Below, piece by piece: positions 27,504 to 35,839 of a stretch of DNA of 64,000 bases. The DNA comes from a virus, in the IMG/VR virus record IMGVR_UViG_3300035208_005542; one strand, written 5' to 3'. Positions within the stretch are counted from its first letter, which is position 1. Every line of letters begins with the position of its first letter. The translations under genes were made by a program, and so were the position numbers. The notes under the pieces are model-generated. The model ran no database searches, was not told the DNA's origin, and saw nothing but the letters and a program-made list of their open reading frames with translations.

Positions 27504-29005
27504 GCTCTAAATTCATTACCGAATCGGAATTCGTTCCGTTGCTCAAGATTTATCTAAAGAGAATCGGGGCGATAACAGGCGGAGGTGCATCTGCGTTCAC
27601 AGATCTATCCGATGTTCCTTCCTCATACACGGGTGCGAGCGGGAAAGTTGTTGCCGTTAAGTCCACTGAAGATGCCTTGGAATTCATCAATGCCGGAGGC
27701 GGAGGTGCCTTTACTGATTTATCAGATGTTCCTTCATCCTATTCCGGGGCCGGAGGCATGCTCGTGATGGTCAGCCTCACCGAAGATGGTTTGGAATTTA
27801 TCGATGGAACTATGGCGTTCACTTATCTTACGGACGTTCCCGCGGCATACACGGGTGCGGCAGGCAAGTTGGTTGCCGTTAATGCCACCGAAGATGCCTT
27901 GGAATTCATCACGCTTGCTTTTTCTGGACTGAGCGATGTTCCTAATTCTTACTCCGGAGCTGGTGGAAAAATAGCGGCGGTCAAGGCCACCGAGGATGGT
28001 CTGGAATTTGTTGATGCGGGTGAGCCGGTATTGGGAAATCCAGACGCGGACAACTTTATACTGCACTCCTCGGCCGCCGGTGTTCGATCATGGAAGTCCC
28101 CTCATGAGACTGAACTGACCAATGTTGTATCGGTGGAGCTTGACTACGCAGATGCAATTTCCTACCTCAACGCCGCAGAACCTGGCCGGGAGTATAGGTT
28201 TGTCATTCCTGTAGGAGCCACAGGTGCTTGGTCAGGAAAAGACAATCAACTCGCAATATATAAATCCAGTACGTGGAGGTATGAAACTCCTGTTGACTAT
28301 CAGCAAGTGCTGGCTATAGGATATACGGGCACTGAAAGTGCTAGACATATTTATTGCTACACAGCCTATTCGGATACTTGGAGCAGAATAGATCCTGCAG
28401 TAACGGAGAGTGCTTTCGTATTTGCCAACAATACTACAGGCGATGCCTCGCCATCTATGCATGGCCTATGTCCCAAATTATCTGGTGTGGCCACACAGGT
28501 ATTTTGCGGTGATGGTTCATGGATGGCTATGGCCGGTGCCGTTGGTTTGGTCAAGGTTTACTCAAAGCCATCAGCCAATATTCGCAACACCAATGCGGCG
28601 GCAGTCGCTACACATGAAATTACAGACGTGCTGCTCAAAGCGTGGGTTCTTGGGGAACCGGTCAAGGGTGTACGGTTATCATTTCTGTTGAGGTCTTCTG
28701 AGTCCGGATATGTTGCTCAAGCTCAGATAAGGAGGAATGGTGTAAACATCGGAACACTACGACAGGTCACGACAGTCGCCGGTGCCACTTTCACTGAAGA
28801 TTTTTCTACTGATCTGTGGGGCGCGGGAGACGTTATCCAATTATACGGCTCAATCGATGACGCCTCAAAGTCTTGTACGGTGTCAGCGTTCAATTTCTTA
28901 TATGACAGAGCAATTGCAGGATTCGGTCCGTGGAACATTGCGGCAGTGGCCGATTATTTTACGACTGCCGAACAGACAGCATATGATATGACGGCTAATT
29001 CCTAA
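27500..29005 (+). CDS. Tail fibre protein with four N-terminal repeats and a DUF2793-like segment
   Basis: AFTDLSDVPSSYxGAxGKxVxVxxTEDxLEF x4; IPVGATGAWSGKDNQLAIY...W.Y..P. Confidence 0.78.
   Translation: MSSKFITESEFVPLLKIYLKRIGAITGGGASAFTDLSDVPSSYTGASGKVVAVKSTEDALEFINAGGGGAFTDLSDVPSSYSGAGGMLVMVSLTEDGLEFIDGTMAFTYLTDVPAAYTGAAGKLVAVNATEDALEFITLAFSGLSDVPNSYSGAGGKIAAVKATEDGLEFVDAGEPVLGNPDADNFILHSSAAGVRSWKSPHETELTNVVSVELDYADAISYLNAAEPGREYRFVIPVGATGAWSGKDNQLAIYKSSTWRYETPVDYQQVLAIGYTGTESARHIYCYTAYSDTWSRIDPAVTESAFVFANNTTGDASPSMHGLCPKLSGVATQVFCGDGSWMAMAGAVGLVKVYSKPSANIRNTNAAAVATHEITDVLLKAWVLGEPVKGVRLSFLLRSSESGYVAQAQIRRNGVNIGTLRQVTTVAGATFTEDFSTDLWGAGDVIQLYGSIDDASKSCTVSAFNFLYDRAIAGFGPWNIAAVADYFTTAEQTAYDMTANS
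27593..28015 (+). repeat. Four 34-38 aa coding repeats in the tail fibre
   Basis: Recurrent GATGTTCCT... and ACCGAAGATG.(C/T)TTGGAATT segments. Confidence 0.85.
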
Positions 29006-29018
29006 AAGGAGAATAAGA

Positions 29019-29375
29019 ATGATCATTGATTTTTCACAGGTTTTAAAAGATCGCAAGGATCAGGAATTGACACACAAGGTTCCTGAGGAGAAAAAGACCA
29101 CGGATGGTCAGGTCAGTTACGTCGACAAACCTTTAACGTTGTGTGATGTCTGCGTAACAGCTATCGACTTTATCCAACGAGGTGAGGAGGTTGAGCCTGC
29201 TGAGAAATATAGACGAGGAAAACTGGCAGAAAGAATATACAAGTTGACCTATTTATCAAAAGAATCGGTTAATTTAACAGTCGAGGATATTACTTTTATT
29301 AAAGGTCAGGTTGGAAAATTGTATGGACCCTTTATGGTAACAACCATTTGGGACTTGCTTGACCCAATTTTATAA
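29019..29375 (+). CDS. Hypothetical protein (possible fibre chaperone)
   Basis: 118 aa; AGGAG RBS; follows the fibre gene. Confidence 0.6.
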   Translation: MIIDFSQVLKDRKDQELTHKVPEEKKTTDGQVSYVDKPLTLCDVCVTAIDFIQRGEEVEPAEKYRRGKLAERIYKLTYLSKESVNLTVEDITFIKGQVGKLYGPFMVTTIWDLLDPIL

Positions 29376-29387
29376 TAGAGGAATAAC

Positions 29388-29711
29388 ATGGGACAAATGA
29401 AATCAGTTGACGGATCGGTTTCGGTGGTGGCCGTGCCTTCCTTTCGTCTTACGATTAATCCGGCGAGTGTGGAAATTCATAAGGACGATAGTGACATGGT
29501 TGCTAAATTTACTGTAGGAATTGTGCGAGACGAAGGATTTACTGCACCCGTATATTTGCGTTTGGCTGGCATAGCAGGCTTGGAATCGTTCAGCATCAAT
29601 CCTATTCCTGCGGACGGGTCTGAATCAATATTGTCGATAGACATGACTGATCAGCCGGTAGGCAATTTGCCATTCACTTTGGTAGGTTCTGAAGACGATC
29701 CAGATGTGTAG
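29388..29711 (+). CDS. Hypothetical Ig-like beta protein
   Basis: 107 aa, beta-rich (FRLTINPAS...GFTAPVYL). Confidence 0.55.
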   Translation: MGQMKSVDGSVSVVAVPSFRLTINPASVEIHKDDSDMVAKFTVGIVRDEGFTAPVYLRLAGIAGLESFSINPIPADGSESILSIDMTDQPVGNLPFTLVGSEDDPDV

Positions 29712-29725
29712 AGTGAGAGAATGAC

Positions 29726-30055
29726 ATGGGCGAGAACGAAGAAAGAGATGCGGAATTCCGAGGGTTCATTAAAGCGACAGTCGAAGGACTGGAAAAAAAT
29801 ATAGAAACCAAGTTGAATTCATATGGAGATATCGTTAATTTGAAATTTTCCAACATCGAAAAACAAACAGCAGAAAATCACGAACAATTATGCGCAGTTA
29901 GCAACGACGTATTGGAAATCAAAAAAAATATGGCCGTCGCATCCGCAGTTAAAAAAGTTCGAGATTCGATGTGGGGAGCGATTGGCGGAACAAGTGCCGT
30001 GTTGTTGGTGGCGGTAATAAAGGAAGTGATCAAAAAAATCATTAAGGGAGAATAA
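29726..30055 (+). CDS. Coiled-coil protein with C-terminal membrane helix (holin-like)
   Basis: WGAIGGTSAVLLVAVI hydrophobic segment with basic tail; end of late region. Confidence 0.5.
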   Translation: MGENEERDAEFRGFIKATVEGLEKNIETKLNSYGDIVNLKFSNIEKQTAENHEQLCAVSNDVLEIKKNMAVASAVKKVRDSMWGAIGGTSAVLLVAVIKEVIKKIIKGE

Positions 30056-30056
30056 C

Positions 30057-30311
30057 GTGGACTTCGAAGAGTTGGAAGCGGCGGTGATTGAAGAAGTCAA
30101 ATTTTCTGATTATGTGTTGGAAGAATGCCGGAGAAGAAATAAAATTCTGCAGGTCGAACTCGGCATGAGTTACGGAAAATATGTGGGGGTCGGAACGGTA
30201 TACGAAGAAGCGGTACATGCATTCCGAAAAGTTAAGGGAGAATTAGACGTATATCTAAGGTCAGTCAGGGCCGAACAGAAACTCAAAAATTACCCAAAAA
30301 AACAAGAGTAG
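30057..30311 (+). CDS. Hypothetical protein
   Basis: 84 aa; GGAG RBS with GTG start. Confidence 0.55.
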   Translation: MDFEELEAAVIEEVKFSDYVLEECRRRNKILQVELGMSYGKYVGVGTVYEEAVHAFRKVKGELDVYLRSVRAEQKLKNYPKKQE

Positions 30312-30441
30312 AAATGAATCTTTTTTAAAGATTTTTTATTCTTTTGTTATCAATAACTTACGAAGAAAAAACTGCACAAGTTTTGGTCATTGACTTTACT
30401 TTCATTTTGTTAGGTATATAATGGTCATGTGAATGAGATGA
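30306..30441 (+). promoter_or_regulatory. Early promoter region, copy 1 (IHF-like site, sigma70-type -35/-10)
   Basis: TATCAATAACTTA at 30348-30360; TTGACT/TTTACT at 30390-30400; TATAAT at 30417-30422; near-duplicate at 34130-34266. Confidence 0.8.
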
Positions 30442-30665
30442 GAGAAACAAACATAACGGATGCAGAGTTCAACGCAAGGGCGAAGATGGCAAGAGAACCA
30501 ATGATGTCCCCGGATGTTTGGAGTCGAGAGGCTCATGATATGGTTCGGATGGCTATCTTTGCGGGATTCGAGTCCAAGACTTTAATTTGTAAGTGCCTGA
30601 TGTCGAGCAAGGGGAAAAAAGTGAACGTCAGGACAGTCGAACGAATTATGTCTGAGATGGAATAA
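30438..30665 (+). CDS. Hypothetical early protein
   Basis: First ORF after the promoter (alternative GTG start at 30429). Confidence 0.6.
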   Translation: MRETNITDAEFNARAKMAREPMMSPDVWSREAHDMVRMAIFAGFESKTLICKCLMSSKGKKVNVRTVERIMSEME

Positions 30666-30675
30666 GGAGAATGAG

Positions 30676-30951
30676 ATGACGAAAGAAGAAATCAGAGAAG
30701 AGAAGATGAAGCGAAGCATCGGGCAGGGGAACAAGCTCGGAACCGTGTGGGTCACGAAGGGCAAAGGTTCCACCGCTTCGCAATTGGGCGAAGCCATAAA
30801 CTTCACTTATGGATACGGGTTCGGATCCTTCATGGACGAGGCGCGGGAGCGGTTGGCGTCCTTCAAAAATTCTAGCCATCGCACCAACCTTCTTCTCAAC
30901 GGACGCGACCTGACCGAATACGACCTGTCAAGAATCAGCCTCTGTGAGTAA
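30676..30951 (+). CDS. Hypothetical early protein
   Basis: 91 aa; AAGGAG RBS. Confidence 0.7.
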   Translation: MTKEEIREEKMKRSIGQGNKLGTVWVTKGKGSTASQLGEAINFTYGYGFGSFMDEARERLASFKNSSHRTNLLLNGRDLTEYDLSRISLCE

Positions 30952-31204
30952 TAAGATGAAACACATGAAGCGATATTGCGCATTCGGAACGGGGCCGACA
31001 CTCATCAAATCAAGCAACGCATTGGGCGATGTGCAGAGGGGAGCTTTTCTTTACGGCCCCGGAATCATCGTAGACTACAAGCTCCAACGGTTCTGCCATC
31101 AGACCCCGTTCCCGGTCGCACGCCCGAATTGGATTGGGCGTCTGCCGAATCGGGAAGACATCAAAATAATAGATTTGATTGCCAAGACATTAACAGGAGA
31201 ATGA
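30944..31204 (+). CDS. Hypothetical early protein
   Basis: 86 aa; tightly packed with neighbours. Confidence 0.55.
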   Translation: MSNKMKHMKRYCAFGTGPTLIKSSNALGDVQRGAFLYGPGIIVDYKLQRFCHQTPFPVARPNWIGRLPNREDIKIIDLIAKTLTGE

Positions 31205-31205
31205 G

Positions 31206-31445
31206 ATGAAAGCAACAGAAAAAAGGAACACGAAAGAGGTCTATGCGATTAGGGTCAGGAGGTATTTTTACGGAGCCATACCGTCGACCGTGGGGTACTA
31301 CTGCGACCCCATGGGGCATATTATCACGTACAAATCCCGTGCAGAGGCCCGACGGGAAATCGAGAAGCTCGACAATCAGGTCTATTACATGTCCCACGGT
31401 GAGTGTGCCCGTCCAATGTATACTGTGCGCAAGGAGACGGTATAA
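31206..31445 (+). CDS. Hypothetical early protein
   Basis: 79 aa; AGGAG RBS. Confidence 0.7.
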   Translation: MKATEKRNTKEVYAIRVRRYFYGAIPSTVGYYCDPMGHIITYKSRAEARREIEKLDNQVYYMSHGECARPMYTVRKETV

Positions 31446-31475
31446 TCACCTGATCTAGATTAAAAGGAGAGCATC

Positions 31476-31697
31476 ATGAGCATTTACGACGATTATGATG
31501 ACGACCTAATTGATGGCGTGGGGTTTGCCGATCCTGGTGGACAGTCGTCCTTGAGGGCAGAGACCCGGAGCAATCCTCGCATCTATGCTTGTCCCACATG
31601 TGGAGAACCAAATCGGCTGACAAAGATCGATGTGCAACGCCACTATCAATGCGACGAGTGCGCCGACAGAGCCGAAGGACGCGGCGGATATTACTGA
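31476..31697 (+). CDS. Small zinc-finger protein
   Basis: CPTC...CDEC; AAGGAG RBS. Confidence 0.7.
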   Translation: MSIYDDYDDDLIDGVGFADPGGQSSLRAETRSNPRIYACPTCGEPNRLTKIDVQRHYQCDECADRAEGRGGYY

Positions 31698-31707
31698 GGA
31701 GGATATC

Positions 31708-31947
31708 ATGACACGAAATGAGATAATCGACTTAGTACAAAAGACGCTAGATGCAGAGACTAAGTGGGAGGATGAGACGTTTGAAGAAGTTTTAAAACGG
31801 ATAGAATCGCACGATTACCCGCCCATGAAAAATGATGTGAAGTCCCAACAGGAAAAGGACGACATCCACGCCATGACCGAGCATATTAACTACAAGCGGG
31901 GGATGTTAAACCTTGCCGTTAAGATCATGCAATCCGTTAAAGATTAA
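31708..31947 (+). CDS. Hypothetical early protein
   Basis: GAGGAGG RBS before ATG 31708. Confidence 0.7.
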   Translation: MTRNEIIDLVQKTLDAETKWEDETFEEVLKRIESHDYPPMKNDVKSQQEKDDIHAMTEHINYKRGMLNLAVKIMQSVKD

Positions 31948-31959
31948 GGAAAAGCAACA

Positions 31960-32160
31960 ATGACATTTATCATGACCATTGAAGACGCTGAACGGATAAT
32001 TCGTGATTGGACAGAAGACTATTGGCCACAGCCGACCAAAGATCAGGTGCATGATGCTGCCAGAGCTTTGGTCTCCCACATTGGCGGGTATGGGCATTCG
32101 CTGTCCGCAGAGCAATCGGGAAGTTTTGATTTGGATTTTTATCTGTACGAGAACAACTAA
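31960..32160 (+). CDS. Hypothetical protein, paralogue of next ORF
   Basis: MTIEDAERIIRDWTEDY..PT..Q...AA.ALV shared with 32160..32501. Confidence 0.65.
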   Translation: MTFIMTIEDAERIIRDWTEDYWPQPTKDQVHDAARALVSHIGGYGHSLSAEQSGSFDLDFYLYENN

Positions 32161-32501
32161 TGACAATTGATGTTGCTGAAAAAATTATCCGCAGATGGAC
32201 GGTGGATTATCCTCAACGACCGACCGATGAACAAATCAGAAGAGCGGCGCAAGCGTTGGTGGCGTATACTGATGGGCCTTTCGATCTGAATTCTGCCCTT
32301 TTTGGACACGTGCGAACTATCCGCGATTGCGTTTTAATCGCATGGGACAACAGGGATTGGCCTGGAATAAGTTATTGGATCCCGGAAGATGTTAGATCAA
32401 GAGCAGCAAAAGAAGATAAAATCCACATCCTTGATGCCCTGCTGTCAATTACAGACGAAATGTATCCTGGATATTTAGATCAGAAAAAGGAGAGAACATG
32501 A
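32160..32501 (+). CDS. Hypothetical protein, paralogue of previous ORF
   Basis: MTIDVAEKIIRRWTVDY..PT..Q...AA.ALV. Confidence 0.65.
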   Translation: MTIDVAEKIIRRWTVDYPQRPTDEQIRRAAQALVAYTDGPFDLNSALFGHVRTIRDCVLIAWDNRDWPGISYWIPEDVRSRAAKEDKIHILDALLSITDEMYPGYLDQKKERT

Positions 32502-32803
32502 AAGGACCATTGCCCCCTGGTTGGACATTAAAGAGAGATGAGTTGACGGACGAGGAGGGATATGTCCGCATTGTCAGCGACGATAACGGAAGAATCGATC
32601 GGGAGCGGATTGCAACGATCCTCAGAGGGTATAGCCACGATTACTATGCCCGTGCATGGGAAACATCTAAGCTAGAAGCCGCTGCTCCAATTATGTTGGC
32701 CGCCCTAGAACAAGTGATCAAGGATTTCGAAGAAAACGGATATGTGGTGATTTTGGGAACAATAAAACAGATCAAGGAAGCCATAGCCAAGGCAAAGGAG
32801 TGA
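32498..32803 (+). CDS. Hypothetical protein
   Basis: PPGW start and AAAP.ML.AL...AIAKAKE end, a pattern common in small phage early proteins. Confidence 0.7.
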   Translation: MKGPLPPGWTLKRDELTDEEGYVRIVSDDNGRIDRERIATILRGYSHDYYARAWETSKLEAAAPIMLAALEQVIKDFEENGYVVILGTIKQIKEAIAKAKE

Positions 32804-33009
32804 TCATGGAATTGATACAACTACGCAAGGATGGCAATAAGCGAGCTAAACTTGATGGGTATATGTTGCGCGTGACTTCGCAAGAGGCCATGAGTCTCAT
32901 CATTTCTCTGGCCCATCAAATAGAGGACAAGAACCCAAATGGAAACCGGCGGGAATATGCCGGGAAAGGGATAGACTATTTTTCCATCTCAGTACATGAC
33001 GAGGCGTAA
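32800..33009 (+). CDS. Hypothetical protein
   Basis: 69 aa; AAGGAG RBS. Confidence 0.6.
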   Translation: MIMELIQLRKDGNKRAKLDGYMLRVTSQEAMSLIISLAHQIEDKNPNGNRREYAGKGIDYFSISVHDEA

Positions 33010-33010
33010 C

Positions 33011-33232
33011 ATGAAGCCGTTGCGCTATTATGTTAGAGTGGAACGAATATACAGCGATGGGAGCGGAACGCTTTACACCCTTTACACCAACAAAAATTTC
33101 AGGAGTCTGCCGTCTGCTCGTAAATATCTGATGTCGGAATCCTGCGAAGGACGTGCGACATTGTACGAACGAGTCTTCTGCCCCACGGCTTGGGGAGGTT
33201 CCTATTCGAACGTAATAATTGAGGAGAAATGA
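33011..33232 (+). CDS. Hypothetical protein
   Basis: GAGG RBS; packed in operon. Confidence 0.6.
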   Translation: MKPLRYYVRVERIYSDGSGTLYTLYTNKNFRSLPSARKYLMSESCEGRATLYERVFCPTAWGGSYSNVIIEEK

Positions 33233-33233
33233 C

Positions 33234-33644
33234 ATGAAAAAAGACCCGGAATTTTATGTCAGATTCAAAACATTTCCATCATCTGAACAGAGCATAATAC
33301 CGAGGAGAGTTAGCATATGGAAAATCACTGACGGCATTTGGTGGTTGCAGATAGACATAAATATGAAACGACCCGGAACTGCACAGTGCTTCGGATCCGG
33401 CCCAAAGGGGGGATATGCGGGGATTTCTTTTTATGACCCAGATAAGCCTGAAGATTGCGGAACCAACGTAGAAATCCACGGAATCGATTTCGACTGCGTA
33501 CTCTTAGAGCACGAAATTCGTTATGGCTGGGATGGAATTCTTGCATCGTCGGATGCTTTGGGCTGTCAATGTCCGGTTTTGAGAGTTGAGGCCAAGAAAA
33601 GAGGACGAAAGTGGAGCGCATCCACAATAAAGGATAAAAAATGA
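33234..33644 (+). CDS. Hypothetical protein
   Basis: GAGGAG RBS before ATG 33234. Confidence 0.65.
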   Translation: MKKDPEFYVRFKTFPSSEQSIIPRRVSIWKITDGIWWLQIDINMKRPGTAQCFGSGPKGGYAGISFYDPDKPEDCGTNVEIHGIDFDCVLLEHEIRYGWDGILASSDALGCQCPVLRVEAKKRGRKWSASTIKDKK

Positions 33645-34135
33645 AACTCATATATAACGCTACCGACGAAGAACCCATCTCTAATTTTTTTGAACTGTCT
33701 TACGCTCAGTTCTTGGTGCTATCTCGCACCGTGTTGCAAAGCATGCCAATCGATTGGCAGAAGAGATTTGTCCAATGTCTACGAGAATTAGATGAAGAGA
33801 TTGATTGGCGTCCGGAATGGCCATATATTTATTACGTGACTATGATGAATATGCAGACCCACAAGTACGCATCGTTGAAACAACATGATCCATTTGGATC
33901 CTACGATCGCGGAAGAAACATTGTTCAGCTCAAAAGCGAAGAGATGGAAGAAAAAAGCTTAGTCATAAAATCCAAGAATGGATCACAATTCCGTTGCGAA
34001 TGTGACTACAGTTTGTTCGGGAAATTGAAGATTCCTCCTTTGCGCTATCGTTGTCTGCGTTGCGGAGGTCTGTACCGGGCAGAGGATGGAGATACTCAAG
34101 AAAATGCTCAAATTCCTGCCAAAAAATCAGAGTAG
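33641..34135 (+). CDS. Hypothetical protein with C-terminal Cys motifs
   Basis: FELSYAQFLVLSRTVLQSMP.DWQ N-domain; CEC...CLRC. Confidence 0.7.
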   Translation: MKLIYNATDEEPISNFFELSYAQFLVLSRTVLQSMPIDWQKRFVQCLRELDEEIDWRPEWPYIYYVTMMNMQTHKYASLKQHDPFGSYDRGRNIVQLKSEEMEEKSLVIKSKNGSQFRCECDYSLFGKLKIPPLRYRCLRCGGLYRAEDGDTQENAQIPAKKSE

Positions 34136-34266
34136 AAATAAATCTTTTTTGAAGATTTTTTATTTCTTTATTATCAATAACTTACAAAGAAAAAACTGCA
34201 CAAATTTTGGTCGTTGACTTTACTTTCATTTTCCTTTCTTTTATACTATACCTGTAAATGAGATGA
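34130..34266 (+). promoter_or_regulatory. Early promoter region, copy 2
   Basis: TATCAATAACTTA at 34172-34184; TTTACT (34219-24), 17 bp, TATACT (34242-47). Confidence 0.8.
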
Positions 34267-34279
34267 AAGGAGAAATGAG

Positions 34280-34546
34280 ATGAGCAAGAAACAAAGCCGG
34301 AAAGTGACGAGGGAGGACATGGAACGGATGTCGCATCGGCATGAGATGATGAAGAGCCTCCTGCGCGACTGCCCTGAGGACGAGCATGATGATTGCGTCG
34401 CCATCGCCAAAGCGTTGGAGTCTGGCAATCCGAAGAACGTCATTCTGGCCATGCCCGAAACCAATCGTCATCCGGAAACCTACCATTGGATCAGCGTCGA
34501 ACTCAGAGACGAACCCCTCACGCAGGGATTTCCCGTAGAGTGCTAA
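34280..34546 (+). CDS. Hypothetical early protein
   Basis: 88 aa; AAGGAG RBS. Confidence 0.7.
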   Translation: MSKKQSRKVTREDMERMSHRHEMMKSLLRDCPEDEHDDCVAIAKALESGNPKNVILAMPETNRHPETYHWISVELRDEPLTQGFPVEC

Positions 34547-34559
34547 AAGGAGAAATGAG

Positions 34560-34946
34560 ATGATACAGAAAATCAAAAAGGACGAGTTGGTAAAGAAAAT
34601 CGTTGAGGCTTGCTATCCCGATTATCGGGGCAGGAAGTTCTACATCAGCACAGACGTTCCTCGCAACCTCGATTCCTATTGGTGTGAGGGTTCGCGGAAC
34701 TACTACGTTTTCTATCAGCCTAGCACAGGCAAAACGCTGGACGTCCATACCAATCATCCGGCCTTTGAAAGGGAACAACCCAGAAGCTTGAATCATCTTC
34801 CTGAAGGTCTCCTTTTGGTCAAGCGTTGCATCTGCTCTGGCAAAGACCTTGGCATCACCATCTATGTCAACGAGGGCTTTCTGGGTCTCCTTCCGGGCAA
34901 TGGCAAGGGTCTGCCCGACAGCAACAACGGTCTCTTGGAGGCCTGA
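34560..34946 (+). CDS. Hypothetical early protein
   Basis: 128 aa; YPDYRGRKF...SYWCEGSR...GKDLGITIYV; AAGGAG RBS. Confidence 0.72.
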   Translation: MIQKIKKDELVKKIVEACYPDYRGRKFYISTDVPRNLDSYWCEGSRNYYVFYQPSTGKTLDVHTNHPAFEREQPRSLNHLPEGLLLVKRCICSGKDLGITIYVNEGFLGLLPGNGKGLPDSNNGLLEA

Positions 34947-35423
34947 ATGAACGTCAAAGAAATCGTCAGCCACGAAGCACAACGTTTAGGGTTCCGCCCG
35001 TTGGGGACGGATTGGACGTTAAGCATCGCAGGGAAACCCACGCTGACCATGACAATCAATGACCGCGGGAAAGTCATGGTCATGGGGCCGGGGGCTGAAC
35101 TCAAGAACACGTTAGACCCACGAGACGAAAAATTCCCCATACGACTTAGAAAGAGGATAGCAAGGATTACCAAGGATTCGGTTCGTGTGGCTAAGAACCA
35201 AAAAAAGGAACAAAAGATCGTTGCCCAAACAAAGGAGATATTGCGCATTCCCGAATCTGGATCACGGATAGACCCGTTATGGATTGATATCTGCAGTTAT
35301 GACGCTTTGGCATACTGCGATACCTGCAAGCGGATGCTGCGGGAATCGGAAATGAAAACTGAGCATGAATGTCTGCTTTGCGCCGATGAAAAAGAATGGA
35401 ACAAAGAAAGGAGACGAAAATGA
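34947..35423 (+). CDS. Hypothetical protein with C-terminal zinc finger
   Basis: CDTC...CLLC; GGAGG RBS. Confidence 0.65.
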   Translation: MNVKEIVSHEAQRLGFRPLGTDWTLSIAGKPTLTMTINDRGKVMVMGPGAELKNTLDPRDEKFPIRLRKRIARITKDSVRVAKNQKKEQKIVAQTKEILRIPESGSRIDPLWIDICSYDALAYCDTCKRMLRESEMKTEHECLLCADEKEWNKERRRK

Positions 35424-35746
35424 AAGACCAGAAGCAAGGAGATGTTTGGATCCCGTACACACCCGGAACTGATTACGGAAAGCAGCAGATGGATTTGCGG
35501 GAAAGCATGATCGATACCGGAGAATATATCTATCATGACGCTCGCAAAATCAACGGTCTATATTTTTGGATCCTAAGAAAGCTGAGCAAAGAAGAGATAA
35601 AGGACTTCATGAAACGAAAAGTACTATCTCCGGAGAAATTAAGGAACAAAAATTCTGGCGACTACTCGTACATTGAGGCCAGAACGTGCGGAGAGATATC
35701 GAAGGAATTTCGTTTTCAGGAGTTTTCGGATATTGACATTGACTAA
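35420..35746 (+). CDS. Hypothetical protein
   Basis: AAGGAG RBS before ATG 35420. Confidence 0.65.
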   Translation: MKDQKQGDVWIPYTPGTDYGKQQMDLRESMIDTGEYIYHDARKINGLYFWILRKLSKEEIKDFMKRKVLSPEKLRNKNSGDYSYIEARTCGEISKEFRFQEFSDIDID

Positions 35747-35762
35747 TAAATTATTATATAAT
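35733..35762 (+). promoter_or_regulatory. Sigma70-type promoter for replication genes
   Basis: TTGACA, 18 bp, TATAAT. Confidence 0.72.
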
Positions 35763-35788
35763 GTTTTTTTGGGCTACTCATTTACATG

Positions 35789-35827
35789 GGGCCGGGGTTC
35801 TTCATCTCACCCCGGCCCTCTCCTTTT
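35789..35827 (+). terminator. Hairpin plus T-tract (terminator or leader structure)
   Basis: GGGCCGGGGT/ACCCCGGCCC 10-bp stem, then TCTCCTTTT. Confidence 0.6.
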
Positions 35828-35839
35828 AGGGAGGAAGAG

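Noticed and set aside
30306..34266. attL/attR sites or insertion-sequence ends
   Set aside because: No integrase or transposase; the repeats contain promoter elements and are better explained as duplicated promoters
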